Below are positions 51,611 to 61,312 of a stretch of DNA of 64,000 bases, piece by piece. The DNA is taken from assembly GCA_965224085.1 (NCBI GenBank), contig CBDCYI010000005.1, positions 384,001 to 448,000 of the forward strand, written 5' to 3'. The first letter of the stretch is position 1. Each line of letters starts with the position of its first letter. The position numbers were made by a program, and so were the translations under genes. The notes beneath the pieces are model-generated. The model was given only the letters and a program-made list of their open reading frames with translations. It did no database searches and had not been told where the DNA came from. The stretch comes from Candidatus Marinacidobacterales bacterium. GTDB lineage: Bacteria; Acidobacteriota; Vicinamibacteria; Marinacidobacterales; SMYC01.

Positions 51611-52039
51611 ATGACAGCCAACCGTGCATGCAGCATCGCCATGGGAGCTCTTTTGCTCGCGGGGGCTTGCAGCGACGGTAACTCGCCGAGCTCCCCGACG
51701 ACGGCCCCGCCACCACCGAGTTCGACGGTGAATTTGGCGGTCTTCGCGGACCCGAGCTCCACCTTCCAGACCATCGACGTCTTCGACTCGAACGGCGAAG
51801 TGGTTCGCTTCGATACCGTGGAGAACACCTTGATCTGGGTCGCGGGCGACTTGCTTTTCGACGGCTGGGTGGTCGACGGCAACATCCTCGACGAAGGTCG
51901 TTTGTACCAGGCACGCTTCGGGACTGCCGACGGCCAAAGGCGAGCGTACTTCACGGAGCGACTTCGTGGCACGATTTGCGACCTGTCCGTGGAGGACGGT
52001 TTCCTACGAATCCGCCCAACGGATCTGCTCCCCCCGTGA
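51611..52039 (+). CDS. Hypothetical lipoprotein
   Basis: LLLAGAC lipobox followed by a Ser/Pro linker. Confidence 0.7.
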   Translation: MTANRACSIAMGALLLAGACSDGNSPSSPTTAPPPPSSTVNLAVFADPSSTFQTIDVFDSNGEVVRFDTVENTLIWVAGDLLFDGWVVDGNILDEGRLYQARFGTADGQRRAYFTERLRGTICDLSVEDGFLRIRPTDLLPP

Positions 52040-52103
52040 CGCTTGCAGGCTTCTCACAGGCGGTGTAGTCTAGGGGAACTCTCGCCGCCCGAGAGGAGAT
52101 TCG

Positions 52104-52856
52104 ATGGATCGCTTCAAGAGCACCAATAGCATACCTTTCGTCGTTGCGGTTCAAGCTCTGGCCCTATTCGTGGTCGCGTTCTTCCAAACGCCGCAGCTCG
52201 AGTCCGACGCACAGTCGGTAGGAGCATTTGGCCAGTATGAGCCAGCCCCCGAAACGCTGACGTCGTTGTCGGAGCTCCCCCGCGACTTGCAGCGCGAAAA
52301 GCTCCCGATCCCTCGATTTCCGGAGCGCGAAAAGCGCAACGAGCCACCGGTTGCCACGCCTACGGAAGACTCTTCCGAGACCACACCTGGCGGCGAAGGC
52401 AGTAAGCTCGCGGCTCTCCGTGTCGCGAACGTCGCGATGACGGGACCCGTCGCCATTGCGATTGCCGCACCGATGTTGGGCGTTCCCGACAGCCTCGACG
52501 GATTATCGCTCGACGGCGGCAACTGGCTCGGTGGACGCCCCAGGGGCAGTCGCGGCACGGGCCGCGCTGGGGGTCCAAGCGACGTCGGCGGCGGCGGCTT
52601 GGGCGGCCGAGGAATCGGCGGCTACGGCGGTGGTAGCGGCGGCTACTGCCCAACGCCTGGACGCACCGGCGGCGGCGGGGGCGGCCGACCGGCTGGTGGC
52701 GGTGGTGTCAGCGGCGGTCGCGGCCGACCGGCCGGTGGCGGTGGCGGCGCGACGACAGGCGCTCCGAGCGGCGGCTCACGTGGACGGCCCGCAGGCACGA
52801 GCGGCGGCTCCCGTGGGGGCAGCGGCACCAAGGGCAAAACCGGCCGCAGATCGTAG
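52104..52856 (+). CDS. Membrane-anchored protein with Gly/Arg-rich disordered tail
   Basis: RBS gaggag; N-terminal hydrophobic helix; repeated GRPAGGGG. Confidence 0.65.
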   Translation: MDRFKSTNSIPFVVAVQALALFVVAFFQTPQLESDAQSVGAFGQYEPAPETLTSLSELPRDLQREKLPIPRFPEREKRNEPPVATPTEDSSETTPGGEGSKLAALRVANVAMTGPVAIAIAAPMLGVPDSLDGLSLDGGNWLGGRPRGSRGTGRAGGPSDVGGGGLGGRGIGGYGGGSGGYCPTPGRTGGGGGGRPAGGGGVSGGRGRPAGGGGGATTGAPSGGSRGRPAGTSGGSRGGSGTKGKTGRRS

Positions 52857-53021
52857 CCCGCCCAGCTTCGTCACCGTTGCGCATCCCATCACGAGTCGAA
52901 TAACGGCTCGATGTGTCACCCCTTGATTTTGATACGTACCGTGCCCAACATCGGGTGCTGCGGGTGGTCGATGGTACGCGTGACGGCGATCGGTGACGAT
53001 CTATTTCCGCATTCAAGACTC

Positions 53022-53050
53022 TTGACAATTTTCCGAATTGTCCGTACGAT
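53022..53050 (+). promoter_or_regulatory. Sigma70 promoter with overlapping palindrome
   Basis: TTGACA-N17-TACGAT; gacaatt-ttccg-aattgtc at 53024-53042. Confidence 0.6.
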
Positions 53051-53186
53051 GAATTACACTCAATAAACATCGAAACAAGCCAAGGGTTGAGGCAAATCTT
53101 TACTAGGCGGCCCTGTCATTTCTGACGGCGCTTCCGGAAAGATCTCGATCTCACGCGAATCAAATCCAATCAAGGATGAGCTCAAC

Positions 53187-53731
53187 ATGACAAACGAGGA
53201 AAAGTTAGCGAAGCTTTGGACGAGAGAATCGATACTCGACGTCGAGAACAAGATCCTCCAGCAAGCGATGTCGGTCCGGACCCAGGAAGGGTCTCAGGCC
53301 TCCATCGCCTTCGCCCGATTTCTGAAGATCTCGGGCATGACCGCGGAGAACTATCCGCTGTTTCTGAAAATGCTCGAAATCGAGAACCATTGGGTGCCCG
53401 ACGCACTCATTGGCGAAGGCGACCCCTTCCTGCTCCTTTCGACGATTCCTCCGAACCAGTACCTGACTTCCAAATGCTTTACGTTTCTGACGCGCTGGAA
53501 GAGGTCGCGATTCACGCTGCAGCCATCCGGAATGCCTTCTTCGATGACCGGAAGCGTATGGAAGATGTCATCCCGCCCGTGCTTCTCGTGACCGTTGAAG
53601 AACGCAAGGAGATCGCGCCGCGCCGTGCGCACCGCGTAACGCCTGTTAAACCGAGCGCCTCTAAAGCCAAACCCGGCGAGGCCAGCAGGAAATCCGGTGG
53701 CAAAACCGGTCACGCCACGAAAAATGGTTGA
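53187..53731 (+). pseudogene. Hypothetical protein with frame switch/internal deletion near 53500
   Basis: Protein-like frame to FTFLTRW, then protein-like sequence resumes in another frame (EEVAIHAAAIRNAFFDDRKR...). Confidence 0.5.
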
Positions 53732-53758
53732 AAGCCGGCGACGTCAGCGAGAACACCG

Positions 53759-54022
53759 GTGACAACAAGAGTCAGGCGGACAAAAAAGGCGCCGAAGCGG
53801 AGCGTCGCAAACGGCAATAGAGGATCCGGCCGGACGGCCAAGAACGGGTCTGCCCGGCCGAAAAACGGCGTTCACCGGGTAGATCTAAAGGCTGAAGAGC
53901 TCGAGGTTATTGTCCAAGCGTGCAGGAAGTACCGCGCCTTGCTACCGGGTTATCTCGCCTCCGCGCAGGACGATATCGCGCGCGCTCAAGCGCTCATCGA
54001 CAAGCTAGAAAACATCATCTAA
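53759..54022 (+). CDS. Small hypothetical protein
   Basis: Basic N-terminus and helical C-terminus; follows the previous gene. Confidence 0.55.
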   Translation: MTTRVRRTKKAPKRSVANGNRGSGRTAKNGSARPKNGVHRVDLKAEELEVIVQACRKYRALLPGYLASAQDDIARAQALIDKLENII

Positions 54023-54137
54023 AAGCGAGCGGTCTGACCTCCTCCCTCTCACGCTGATTTAGGGAGCGATGGACGTTGTTTCAGGGCGGGCGGGCGTCGG
54101 TTGCCTCGAGCCCGACTGAAGCGATACGCTCGGCTCC

Positions 54138-54446
54138 TTGAGCCTCGATCGACGGACCTTTATCGAACATTCCCGCACCGCCGCGAGCGGTCTTCCGCGC
54201 GGCGCTTGCTTCGCCGCGCGCACGTCGGTGGACGGGCTCACCGTCCTCGACATGCAGCTCGGATGGCTTGCCGGCGGGAACCAACTCGGTGAAGTCGTCG
54301 CGAAGCGGCTCGGTTATCTCGAAGAAGTCTCGGCCGCGCAAGCGATGCGGCTCCCCGCGGTGATGAAAGCGCTCGGCTCGGAAGACGCTGAAGAAGGCGT
54401 CCGCGCCTTCCGCGAAAAGCGTCCGCCGAATTGGTCCGGCAAGTGA
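54138..54446 (+). pseudogene. Chimera: NMT1/THI5-like binding-protein N-terminus + enoyl-CoA hydratase C-terminus
   Basis: LDRRTF...MQLGWLAGGNQLGEVVAKRLGYLEE joined to SEDAEEGVRAFREKRPPNWSGK. Confidence 0.7.
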
Positions 54447-55852
54447 AACGCCTCCGCTTCGCGTTCGCGGCCCTGTTACTTTTGCTACTGGCGGCTTCGT
54501 CGGCGGCCGCGCAGAGTTTTTCCGAGCGGTTCGATACCATCAAGCGCGAAGCCACACCCGAGGAGCTTTACCGCATTCTTTACCGCGTCCCCAAAGGCGG
54601 CGATCTCCACAACCACCTCGGCGGCGCCGCTTACGACGAGATGCTGTGGGAGCTTGCGACTGATACATCCGTCAACGGTAATCAAACGTTCCGCACACGC
54701 GTGCGGATCAACGCATGCGATCGCACGTGCCCGCAGCCGCTCATCTACTTTCACACCATCGGCGAGACGAGCTTCAAAGCGCTTCCTGAATGCTGCCGCG
54801 CCGAATACGAGCCTCTGACCGAGCTCTCCGCGGCGAAGCGCGAAGCATGGCTGTCGTCGACACGCATCGACCAGAGCGGCGAAGGCCGAAACGAGTTCTT
54901 CGAGACGATCTGGCCGCGTCTCGGCGAAGTCCTCGATCAAGCCCATCTCATCGCGGAGATCGCCGTTTTGAACATGAAGCTCTTCGCCGACGAGGGCGTC
55001 CGCTATATCGAGTTTCAAATCAGCCCGTGGGACCGGCGCGACGGAAATCGCGCGCTCACCGACGATGAGTTCCACGACATTATGGCGGCGAGACTCGAGC
55101 GTGAGGACGCCAAATCTACTGGTGTCACCGTTCGATTGCAGCCGAACGTCGTGCGCTTTACCCAAAATGCCGAAGCGCTGGTCGAGCAAGGCTTTGCTTT
55201 TGTGGACCGCCATCGCGAGCTGTGGTCGAGCGTCAACCTCGTCGGCCGCGAAGACAACGACAAAGGCTACCCGCTGCGCTTTCTCCCCACTTTTCGCAAG
55301 ATGCGCCGGCGCTATCCGCGCATTGCCCTCGCCATCCACGGCGGCGAAGTCGACGAGCCCAACCACCACGTGCGCGACACCTTGCTTCTCGGCGCCGATC
55401 GCATCGGCCACGGGACGAACTTGATCACCGATCCGGAGACACTTCTTCTCATGCGGACAGGAAAATTCGCGGTCGAAGTCAGTCTCGTGAGCAACCTGCT
55501 TCTCGGCTATGTCGAGCGCGTCGAAGAGCATCCGTTTCCCGAATATCTTCGGCTCGGGATCCCCGTCGCACTGGCGACTGACGATCGCGGCATGTGGAAC
55601 TCCAACATGACGGATGAATATTTCAACGCGGTCACCGCCTTCAACTTGAGCTGGGAAGAGCTCGTGACCATCGGCCACTATAGTCTCGCGTTCGCTTTCG
55701 TTCCCGAAGCGGTGAAAGCCGAGCTACTCGTCGACTACGAGCGGGCCATACGCGCCTTCGTCGAGGAATATTCAGAGGGCGATTTCAGGGAGCACGCACG
55801 CCGCGTGCCCGTGAATATCTCCGGCTTCGCGCGCACTCACTTGCTCCGCTGA
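54443..55852 (+). CDS. Secreted adenosine deaminase-family protein
   Basis: Signal peptide (AAA|Q); PKGGDLHNHLGG, IHGGE, RIGHG, LATDD. Confidence 0.88.
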   Translation: MKRLRFAFAALLLLLLAASSAAAQSFSERFDTIKREATPEELYRILYRVPKGGDLHNHLGGAAYDEMLWELATDTSVNGNQTFRTRVRINACDRTCPQPLIYFHTIGETSFKALPECCRAEYEPLTELSAAKREAWLSSTRIDQSGEGRNEFFETIWPRLGEVLDQAHLIAEIAVLNMKLFADEGVRYIEFQISPWDRRDGNRALTDDEFHDIMAARLEREDAKSTGVTVRLQPNVVRFTQNAEALVEQGFAFVDRHRELWSSVNLVGREDNDKGYPLRFLPTFRKMRRRYPRIALAIHGGEVDEPNHHVRDTLLLGADRIGHGTNLITDPETLLLMRTGKFAVEVSLVSNLLLGYVERVEEHPFPEYLRLGIPVALATDDRGMWNSNMTDEYFNAVTAFNLSWEELVTIGHYSLAFAFVPEAVKAELLVDYERAIRAFVEEYSEGDFREHARRVPVNISGFARTHLLR

Positions 55853-55888
55853 ATTCGCACAGAAACGATTTTTCCTCTGGGTCCGTCC

Positions 55889-55951
55889 GACCTTATTGTG
55901 AGGGCCGTCAGAAAGAAACCGCGGGCGAAGCGAACCGAGGGAATTCGATGA
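55889..55951 (+). pseudogene. C-terminal remnant of a RelE/ParE-like toxin
   Basis: DLIVRAVRKKPRAKRTEGIR* overlapping the antitoxin start (ATGA). Confidence 0.5.
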
Positions 55952-56193
55952 AGACTGTCAGCGTGCGTGACTTGCAGAAGAACGTCAAAGAGTGTGTCGA
56001 CGAGTAGCAGGAAGGTCGAGTCGTCGTCACGCGGCACGGTCGGCCGGCGGCGGTGCTCGTGGGCGTTGAAGGCCACGACTGGGAGGACGTCGTCCTCCAG
56101 ACCGACCCGTCGTTCTGGAAACTGATTCGGAAACGCCGGAAAGAAAAGACGATATCTCTGGACGAGCTCAAGGCAGAATTGGAGAACGGCTAG
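55948..56193 (+). pseudogene. Phd/YefM-family antitoxin with in-frame TAG at 56005-56007
   Basis: MKTVSVRDLQKNVKECVDE*QEGRVVVTRHGRPAAVLVGV...ISLDELKAELENG*; absent from the ORF track. Confidence 0.85.
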
Positions 56194-56525
56194 AAGCATA
56201 AGGGTGTCGCTCTGCGGAAGCCAGCACGCGCTTCCACGCCGGGTGGCGCCGGATCCGGGCCAGCGCTTTGGCGAGCAACGTTTTGCCAGGCTCGGTGCGA
56301 TGCCAGGTCGACGCCCCCGAGGGATGAGGGAGCGGGATAACGTCCGCCTCCACACCGTGGACGTCGAGCCGAAATTTCGCGCCGACGACGTCGACGAGCT
56401 TGTCGAAGGACATCAGCTGCGCGATGGCGAGCTTCCCCACCGGCAGGACAAGCTCCGGCTGTAGGAGCTTTGCTTCCGTCTGGAGCCACGGAGACATCAC
56501 CCTGTACTCTCGCCGACAAGGATCC
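56168..56525 (-). pseudogene. Uracil-DNA glycosylase-family C-terminal fragment
   Basis: LQPELVLPVGKLA, IPLPHPSGASTW; N-terminal motif not found. Confidence 0.7.
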
Positions 56526-56664
56526 TTCAGTTCACGAACTGGGAGACGAGCGAACTGGGCTGGATTGGCGTAGGGTGACAAGTCGGGGGGGGAAGCAAAA
56601 ACCTCGATCAGCGAACTCCCTTGCGGGCTCGACCGGCGTCCTTTGTTTTTTGCGGACCACAGGG

Positions 56665-57042
56665 CTATTTCGAAGCTCTCCGCATCCGAAGAGCGATACC
56701 CCAGATCGCCGCCGCAAGGACGAAGTTCGCCATCTTTGCCATCGTGATCGGCGGCTCGGTCGGCATTTCGCCGCCGGTGTCGTCGTAGATGAACCGATAG
56801 AGCGGTACGAAGAGCCCGATGACGAGGAGCGCGATGTTGATCCGTGCTTCTAGGAGCCCGAGCCGTGCCATCCAGTCGGGAAAAACCGAAGCGGCGAAAG
56901 CAATCCCGATGCAGAAGACGTAATAGGCCGCTTTCCAGAACGTGTGGCCTTCGAGCGCCGCCGTCCTGAAGTTCGCGCCGAGAAACTCATCGACGAGCCA
57001 AAAGGCCGGTGTCAGCCAGTAGTAGACGAGGATAGGCTGCAT
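56665..57042 (-). CDS. Small membrane protein
   Basis: Four hydrophobic segments from MQPILVYYW. Confidence 0.65.
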   Translation of the reverse strand: MQPILVYYWLTPAFWLVDEFLGANFRTAALEGHTFWKAAYYVFCIGIAFAASVFPDWMARLGLLEARINIALLVIGLFVPLYRFIYDDTGGEMPTEPPITMAKMANFVLAAAIWGIALRMRRASK

Positions 57043-57126
57043 GGGATGGTTCCAGAATGCACCATCTCGAGCGAGCGGTCGAATTCGGAGCAGCTTCGCG
57101 TTAGAATTTCTTATCGACCGCATCCT

Positions 57127-58203
57127 ATGAAGGTTTTGGCTTTGACGCCGGGGCCGAGATTCGTCTCGCCCGGACAGCGCTACCGTATCGAGCAGTGGGA
57201 GCCCCTGCTGCAGGCGGAAGGGATCGCACTCACCCACGCGCCTTTCATGGAGAACGGTCTTTCATCGGTTCTCTATCAGCCGGGGAGCCTGTTCGAAAAA
57301 GCCGCCGGGGTAACAGCGGCGTTTTGGCGACAGCTGAGCACGATTTCAGAATCACACCATTTCGATCTCGTCTACATCTTTCGTGAGGCCGCGATCATCG
57401 GACCAGCGTTCATCGAGCGGCGCATTGCTTCGGGCGGCACGCCCATCGTCTTCGATTTCGACGACGCAGTGTTCCTTCGCTATCGAAGTGCGTCCAACGG
57501 TTATTTGAGCTATCTCAAATTCCCCGGCAAGACGGCGACGATCTGCCGCCGGGCCCAGCACGTCATGGCCGGTAACCGGTACCTGGCTGATTACGCCGCA
57601 CGACTAAACGACGCGGTCACCGTGATCCCAACGACGATCGATACGGAGATCTATCGGCCGGAGCTTCACCGCCCGCGCGCCGGCGCTCCGGTCACAATCG
57701 GATGGACCGGAAGCCATAGCACGCGGCGACATCTCGTGCGCCTCGTCCCCGCGCTCGCAGAGCTTGCCCGCACCCACCCGTTTCGTTTGGTCGTCATCGG
57801 CGCGCAAGCCCCCGACGTGCCCGGCGCCGAAGTGGTGTCGCGCCACTGGACCGCGAAGACGGAAGTCGAGGACTTGAGCGATATCGATATCGGGCTCATG
57901 CCGCTTCCCGACGAGCCGTGGACGCGCGGCAAGTGCGGGCTCAAAGCTCTTCAATATATGGGTCTCGGCATCCCCGCCGTCGTATCTCCGGTAGGGGTGA
58001 ACACCGAGATCGTCGCCCACGGCGAGAACGGTCTCGTCGCGAACAGCGACGCGGCGTGGATCGACCACTTGAAAACCCTCATGCACGACTCGGAGCTGCG
58101 GCGTCGGCTCGGCGCCGAAGCGCGCACGACCGTCGAGACGCACTACTCGGCGCGTGTTGTCGCCCCGAAGGTGGCGGAGATTTTTCGCCGAGCGAAAGCC
58201 TAG
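57127..58203 (+). CDS. Glycosyltransferase family 4
   Basis: RYRIEQW, VFDFDDA, IGWTGS, GKCGLKALQYM, SPVGVN. Confidence 0.92.
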   Translation: MKVLALTPGPRFVSPGQRYRIEQWEPLLQAEGIALTHAPFMENGLSSVLYQPGSLFEKAAGVTAAFWRQLSTISESHHFDLVYIFREAAIIGPAFIERRIASGGTPIVFDFDDAVFLRYRSASNGYLSYLKFPGKTATICRRAQHVMAGNRYLADYAARLNDAVTVIPTTIDTEIYRPELHRPRAGAPVTIGWTGSHSTRRHLVRLVPALAELARTHPFRLVVIGAQAPDVPGAEVVSRHWTAKTEVEDLSDIDIGLMPLPDEPWTRGKCGLKALQYMGLGIPAVVSPVGVNTEIVAHGENGLVANSDAAWIDHLKTLMHDSELRRRLGAEARTTVETHYSARVVAPKVAEIFRRAKA

Positions 58204-58505
58204 CGACATCATCGAAGTGACGGAAGCTCCCGTCATCGCCTCGCATTCGTCGGTGGACGGCGTCAAAGAGCACGCTCGCAAGATGTCGGACGTGATGCTC
58301 CGCGCCCTTGCGGAAAACGGCGGCGTCATCCGAATCAATGCCGTCATCAAATACATCGATCCAATCGAGCGCGAGCACAGGCCGATCTCGGTATTCATGG
58401 ATCACATCGATCACGCCATCGAGGTCGCAGGAGCGGATCACGTCGGCATTGGGCTCGACTACGGCTATACGGCGCCGGCCCCGGTCGATCTCGAAGACAT
58501 CTCGG
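58204..58505 (+). pseudogene. Membrane dipeptidase (M19) internal fragment
   Basis: PVIASHS, LAENGGVI, DHIDHAIEVAGADHVGIGLDY; both ends missing. Confidence 0.8.
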
Positions 58506-58750
58506 TCGACGAAACTGAAGTCGATGCTCGCCGGAAAGTTCGGTATGTCGAAGTTGTTGTAGGTCCACATTTCGCTCGGCCGCTCGCCGGGATTCCTGCC
58601 AAAGGGATTCCGCTGAAGCGCGTGCGGCGGGCCCAGGATCAGATAGAGCCGGCCGCGATCGGTGGACCACCCAGGACGGCCGGCGCTCATGTAGTTCGCG
58701 ACGAAGGCATAGCGCTCCAGATATTCCGTTCCCTCGCGCTCGGATCAAAG
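58503..58750 (-). pseudogene. GWxTD-domain protein internal fragment
   Basis: EYLERYAFVANYMSAGRPGWSTDRGRLYLILGPP...EMWTY...FSFVD. Confidence 0.8.
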
Positions 58751-58790
58751 CCGGCTTGCGCGAGCCATCGGGGGCGCATAGGATAGATTT

Positions 58791-59765
58791 GTGGGCACTG
58801 CTGGGAGTATTAGTGGACTACCTTCATCGAAGCGCTCCTTCGTCTCGCGTCAGCCACCTCATGTCTCGTTCGAGTTCTTCCCTCCGAAGACCCCGGCGGG
58901 CTGGGACAAGCTCAAAGAGACCGCCGCGCAGCTGGCCGAGTTCGAACCGGATTTCACGTCCGTAACGTTCGGGGCCGGTGGCAGCGGTAACGTTCGAACG
59001 TTGGAAGCATGCCTCGCCGTCCAGAGCGTGCTCGCGGCGGACGTCGTGCCCCATCTCTCCTGTATCGGCCAGACGCGCGACTCGATCGAAGCTCATCTGG
59101 CAGAGTTCCGCGACGCAGGTTTCACGCGGATTCTCGCGCTCCGAGGCGACGTCCCTATCGACGCCGAAAGCGCCGAAGTTTCGTTCCCACCCGGCGGTTT
59201 CCAATACGCCAGCGAGCTCGTCTCCTTCATCAAGAGCCGTGATGACTTCCACGTCCTCGTCGGCTGCTACCCAGAAGGGCATCCCGAAGCTTCCAGCTTG
59301 CAGACCGATATCGACCACTTCATCCGGAAAGTCGAAGCCGGGGCCGACGCTGCCGTCACACAATATTTCTTCAACAATGCCGGCTATTTCCATTTCGTGG
59401 ACGAAGTGCGCCGGCGCGGCCTCGACATCCCAATCGTCGTCGGTTTGATGCCCATCTGGCCTTACGAGCAAGTCGTGCGCTTCTCTGGGAAGTGCGGCGC
59501 CGATGTGCCGCTTTGGATCCGAAAGCGCATGGAAGGCTATGAAGACGATCCTTCGTCCCAGTTCGATTTCGCCGTCGAAGTCGCCGTGACCCAGTCGGAG
59601 GAGCTTCTCAGAAACGGCGCCCCCGGTATCCACTTTTACACGTTGAATCGCCCCGAGGCGACGGTCCGGATCTGCAAGAACCTCCGCGGCAAGAAGATCG
59701 AGGGCGGCCCCGCGTCCGATGACGTCGCCTATGGTGATGTCGAAGTCCCTGCGAGTCTTTCTTGA
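58791..59765 (+). CDS. metF: Methylenetetrahydrofolate reductase (start uncertain)
   Basis: SFEFFPPKT, SVTFGAGGS, LALRGD, YPEGHP, TQYFF, IHFYTLNR. Confidence 0.93.
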   Translation: MGTAGSISGLPSSKRSFVSRQPPHVSFEFFPPKTPAGWDKLKETAAQLAEFEPDFTSVTFGAGGSGNVRTLEACLAVQSVLAADVVPHLSCIGQTRDSIEAHLAEFRDAGFTRILALRGDVPIDAESAEVSFPPGGFQYASELVSFIKSRDDFHVLVGCYPEGHPEASSLQTDIDHFIRKVEAGADAAVTQYFFNNAGYFHFVDEVRRRGLDIPIVVGLMPIWPYEQVVRFSGKCGADVPLWIRKRMEGYEDDPSSQFDFAVEVAVTQSEELLRNGAPGIHFYTLNRPEATVRICKNLRGKKIEGGPASDDVAYGDVEVPASLS

Positions 59766-59766
59766 A

Positions 59767-61312
59767 TCAGTTGTCAGGCACGCCTTCGATCACCACGTGG
59801 TAGCGATCGGCCGCCAAGTTCGTGAGCACCGTTTTTTCTCCGCTCGGCCAGCGGACCCGGATCGCGTCGACGACCGTCGAAGCGCCTAGTCTGAAATGGA
59901 GGCGGGGATCGCTCGACGAGAAGATACTTCCGGAGGCGTGGACTTCCTTCACCTGGGTTCGCCCTCCGCTCTCGAGCCACACGCGGGCGCCGGCAGCGTC
60001 GCGATTGCTCTCACGCCCCACGAGCGCAAAACGCACCCAATGCCGGCCGACGACGTCGTTGCGCAAGAGCGACGGTACCTCGTCGATATTTTGACGACCA
60101 CGACATCGACGTCTCCATCGTCGTCCACGTCGCCGAAGGCTGCGCCCCGGCTCGGAGCCGTTTCTGCCAAGGCCGTTTCTTCCTCGAACGTGCCATCTCC
60201 GCGGTTCAAGAAAATCTGGTTCGCCTGTCGATAGGTCGTCGCCGTCATTGTCCAGATCGACAAAATGTATCCCCCAGCCGAGCTTCCCCAGGCTCGGTGT
60301 TCCGAGACCCAGCACATCGGTGGCATCGGTGAAGAGCCCGTCCCCCGAGCTCTCATATGAGGGTGTTGGTCTCGTGAGAAAAGTTGCTGACGATGATATC
60401 GAGACGGCCGTCGCCATCAGGATCGCCGAAATCGACGCCCATCCCGGCCTCGGCGTCTCCGGTCGCGTTGTAAGCAGCTCCCGAGAGCAGACCGACATCG
60501 CGAAAGTGTCCGCGGCCGTCATTCTGGTAGAGGAAGTTCGGCAAGATGTCGTTGGCGACATAGAGATCGATGTCACCGTCGTGGTCGTAGTCGGCCGCGA
60601 TGACGCCCAGCCCGTAAGCTCGCGTGGGATCGTGAAGACCGGCAGATTTCGTCCCCTCGACGAAGCGGCCGGCCTCGTTCCGATAGAAGACATCGCTTTG
60701 CCCGTTCAAACCGCGAGGCCCGCACATCACCGGCAGCCCTAGCCATACGCAGGTCGGATCCGAGCCGGGCGCCGGGATCTTCGCCAGATCGGGATCAACG
60801 TAGTTTGCAACGTACAAGTCGAGATCGCCGTCACCGTCCGCGTCGAAAAACGCTGCGCTCGTGCCGAATCGCCCATCAACGGCCTCGGAGACTTCGAAGA
60901 ACGTGCCATCGCCGCGATTCCGATAAAGAACGTTCGGTCCGATGTTCGTAACGTAGAGATCGGGCAGGCCGTCGTTGTCATGGTCGGCGATCGTGCAGCC
61001 GACACTCCACCCGTTGTTCCCGACTGAAGCGCTCTCTGTCACGTCGAGGAACCGCCAGGAGCCCTCGTTGCGATAAAGGCGGTTGCCTCCCTCCGTAACA
61101 CGGACACCGTCGGCGAGCCTCATCCCGTTGACGAAGTAGATATCGAGGTCGCCATCGCCGTCGTAATCGAACAGAGCGGCGCCGCCACCGAGGGAGCTCA
61201 CGATGTAATGCTTTTTGATATCTCCGCTGACGTTCACGAAGCCGATGCCGCTTGGCGTGCGCATCTCGCTGAACCCGAGAAAAACAGTGACGATCAGCAC
61301 AGCCCGCGCCAT
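59767..61312 (-). pseudogene. CRTAC1/ASPIC-UnbV family FG-GAP protein with several frameshifts/deletion
   Basis: Repeated DxDGDGDLD motifs; C-terminal NRDAAGARV...RLHF...VRWPSG; coding jumps frames near 60355, 60238 and 60090. Confidence 0.85.

Noticed and set aside
58750-58860. SAM or SAH riboswitch before metF
   Set aside because: No recognisable aptamer motifs, and the upstream DNA is a GWxTD coding fragment.
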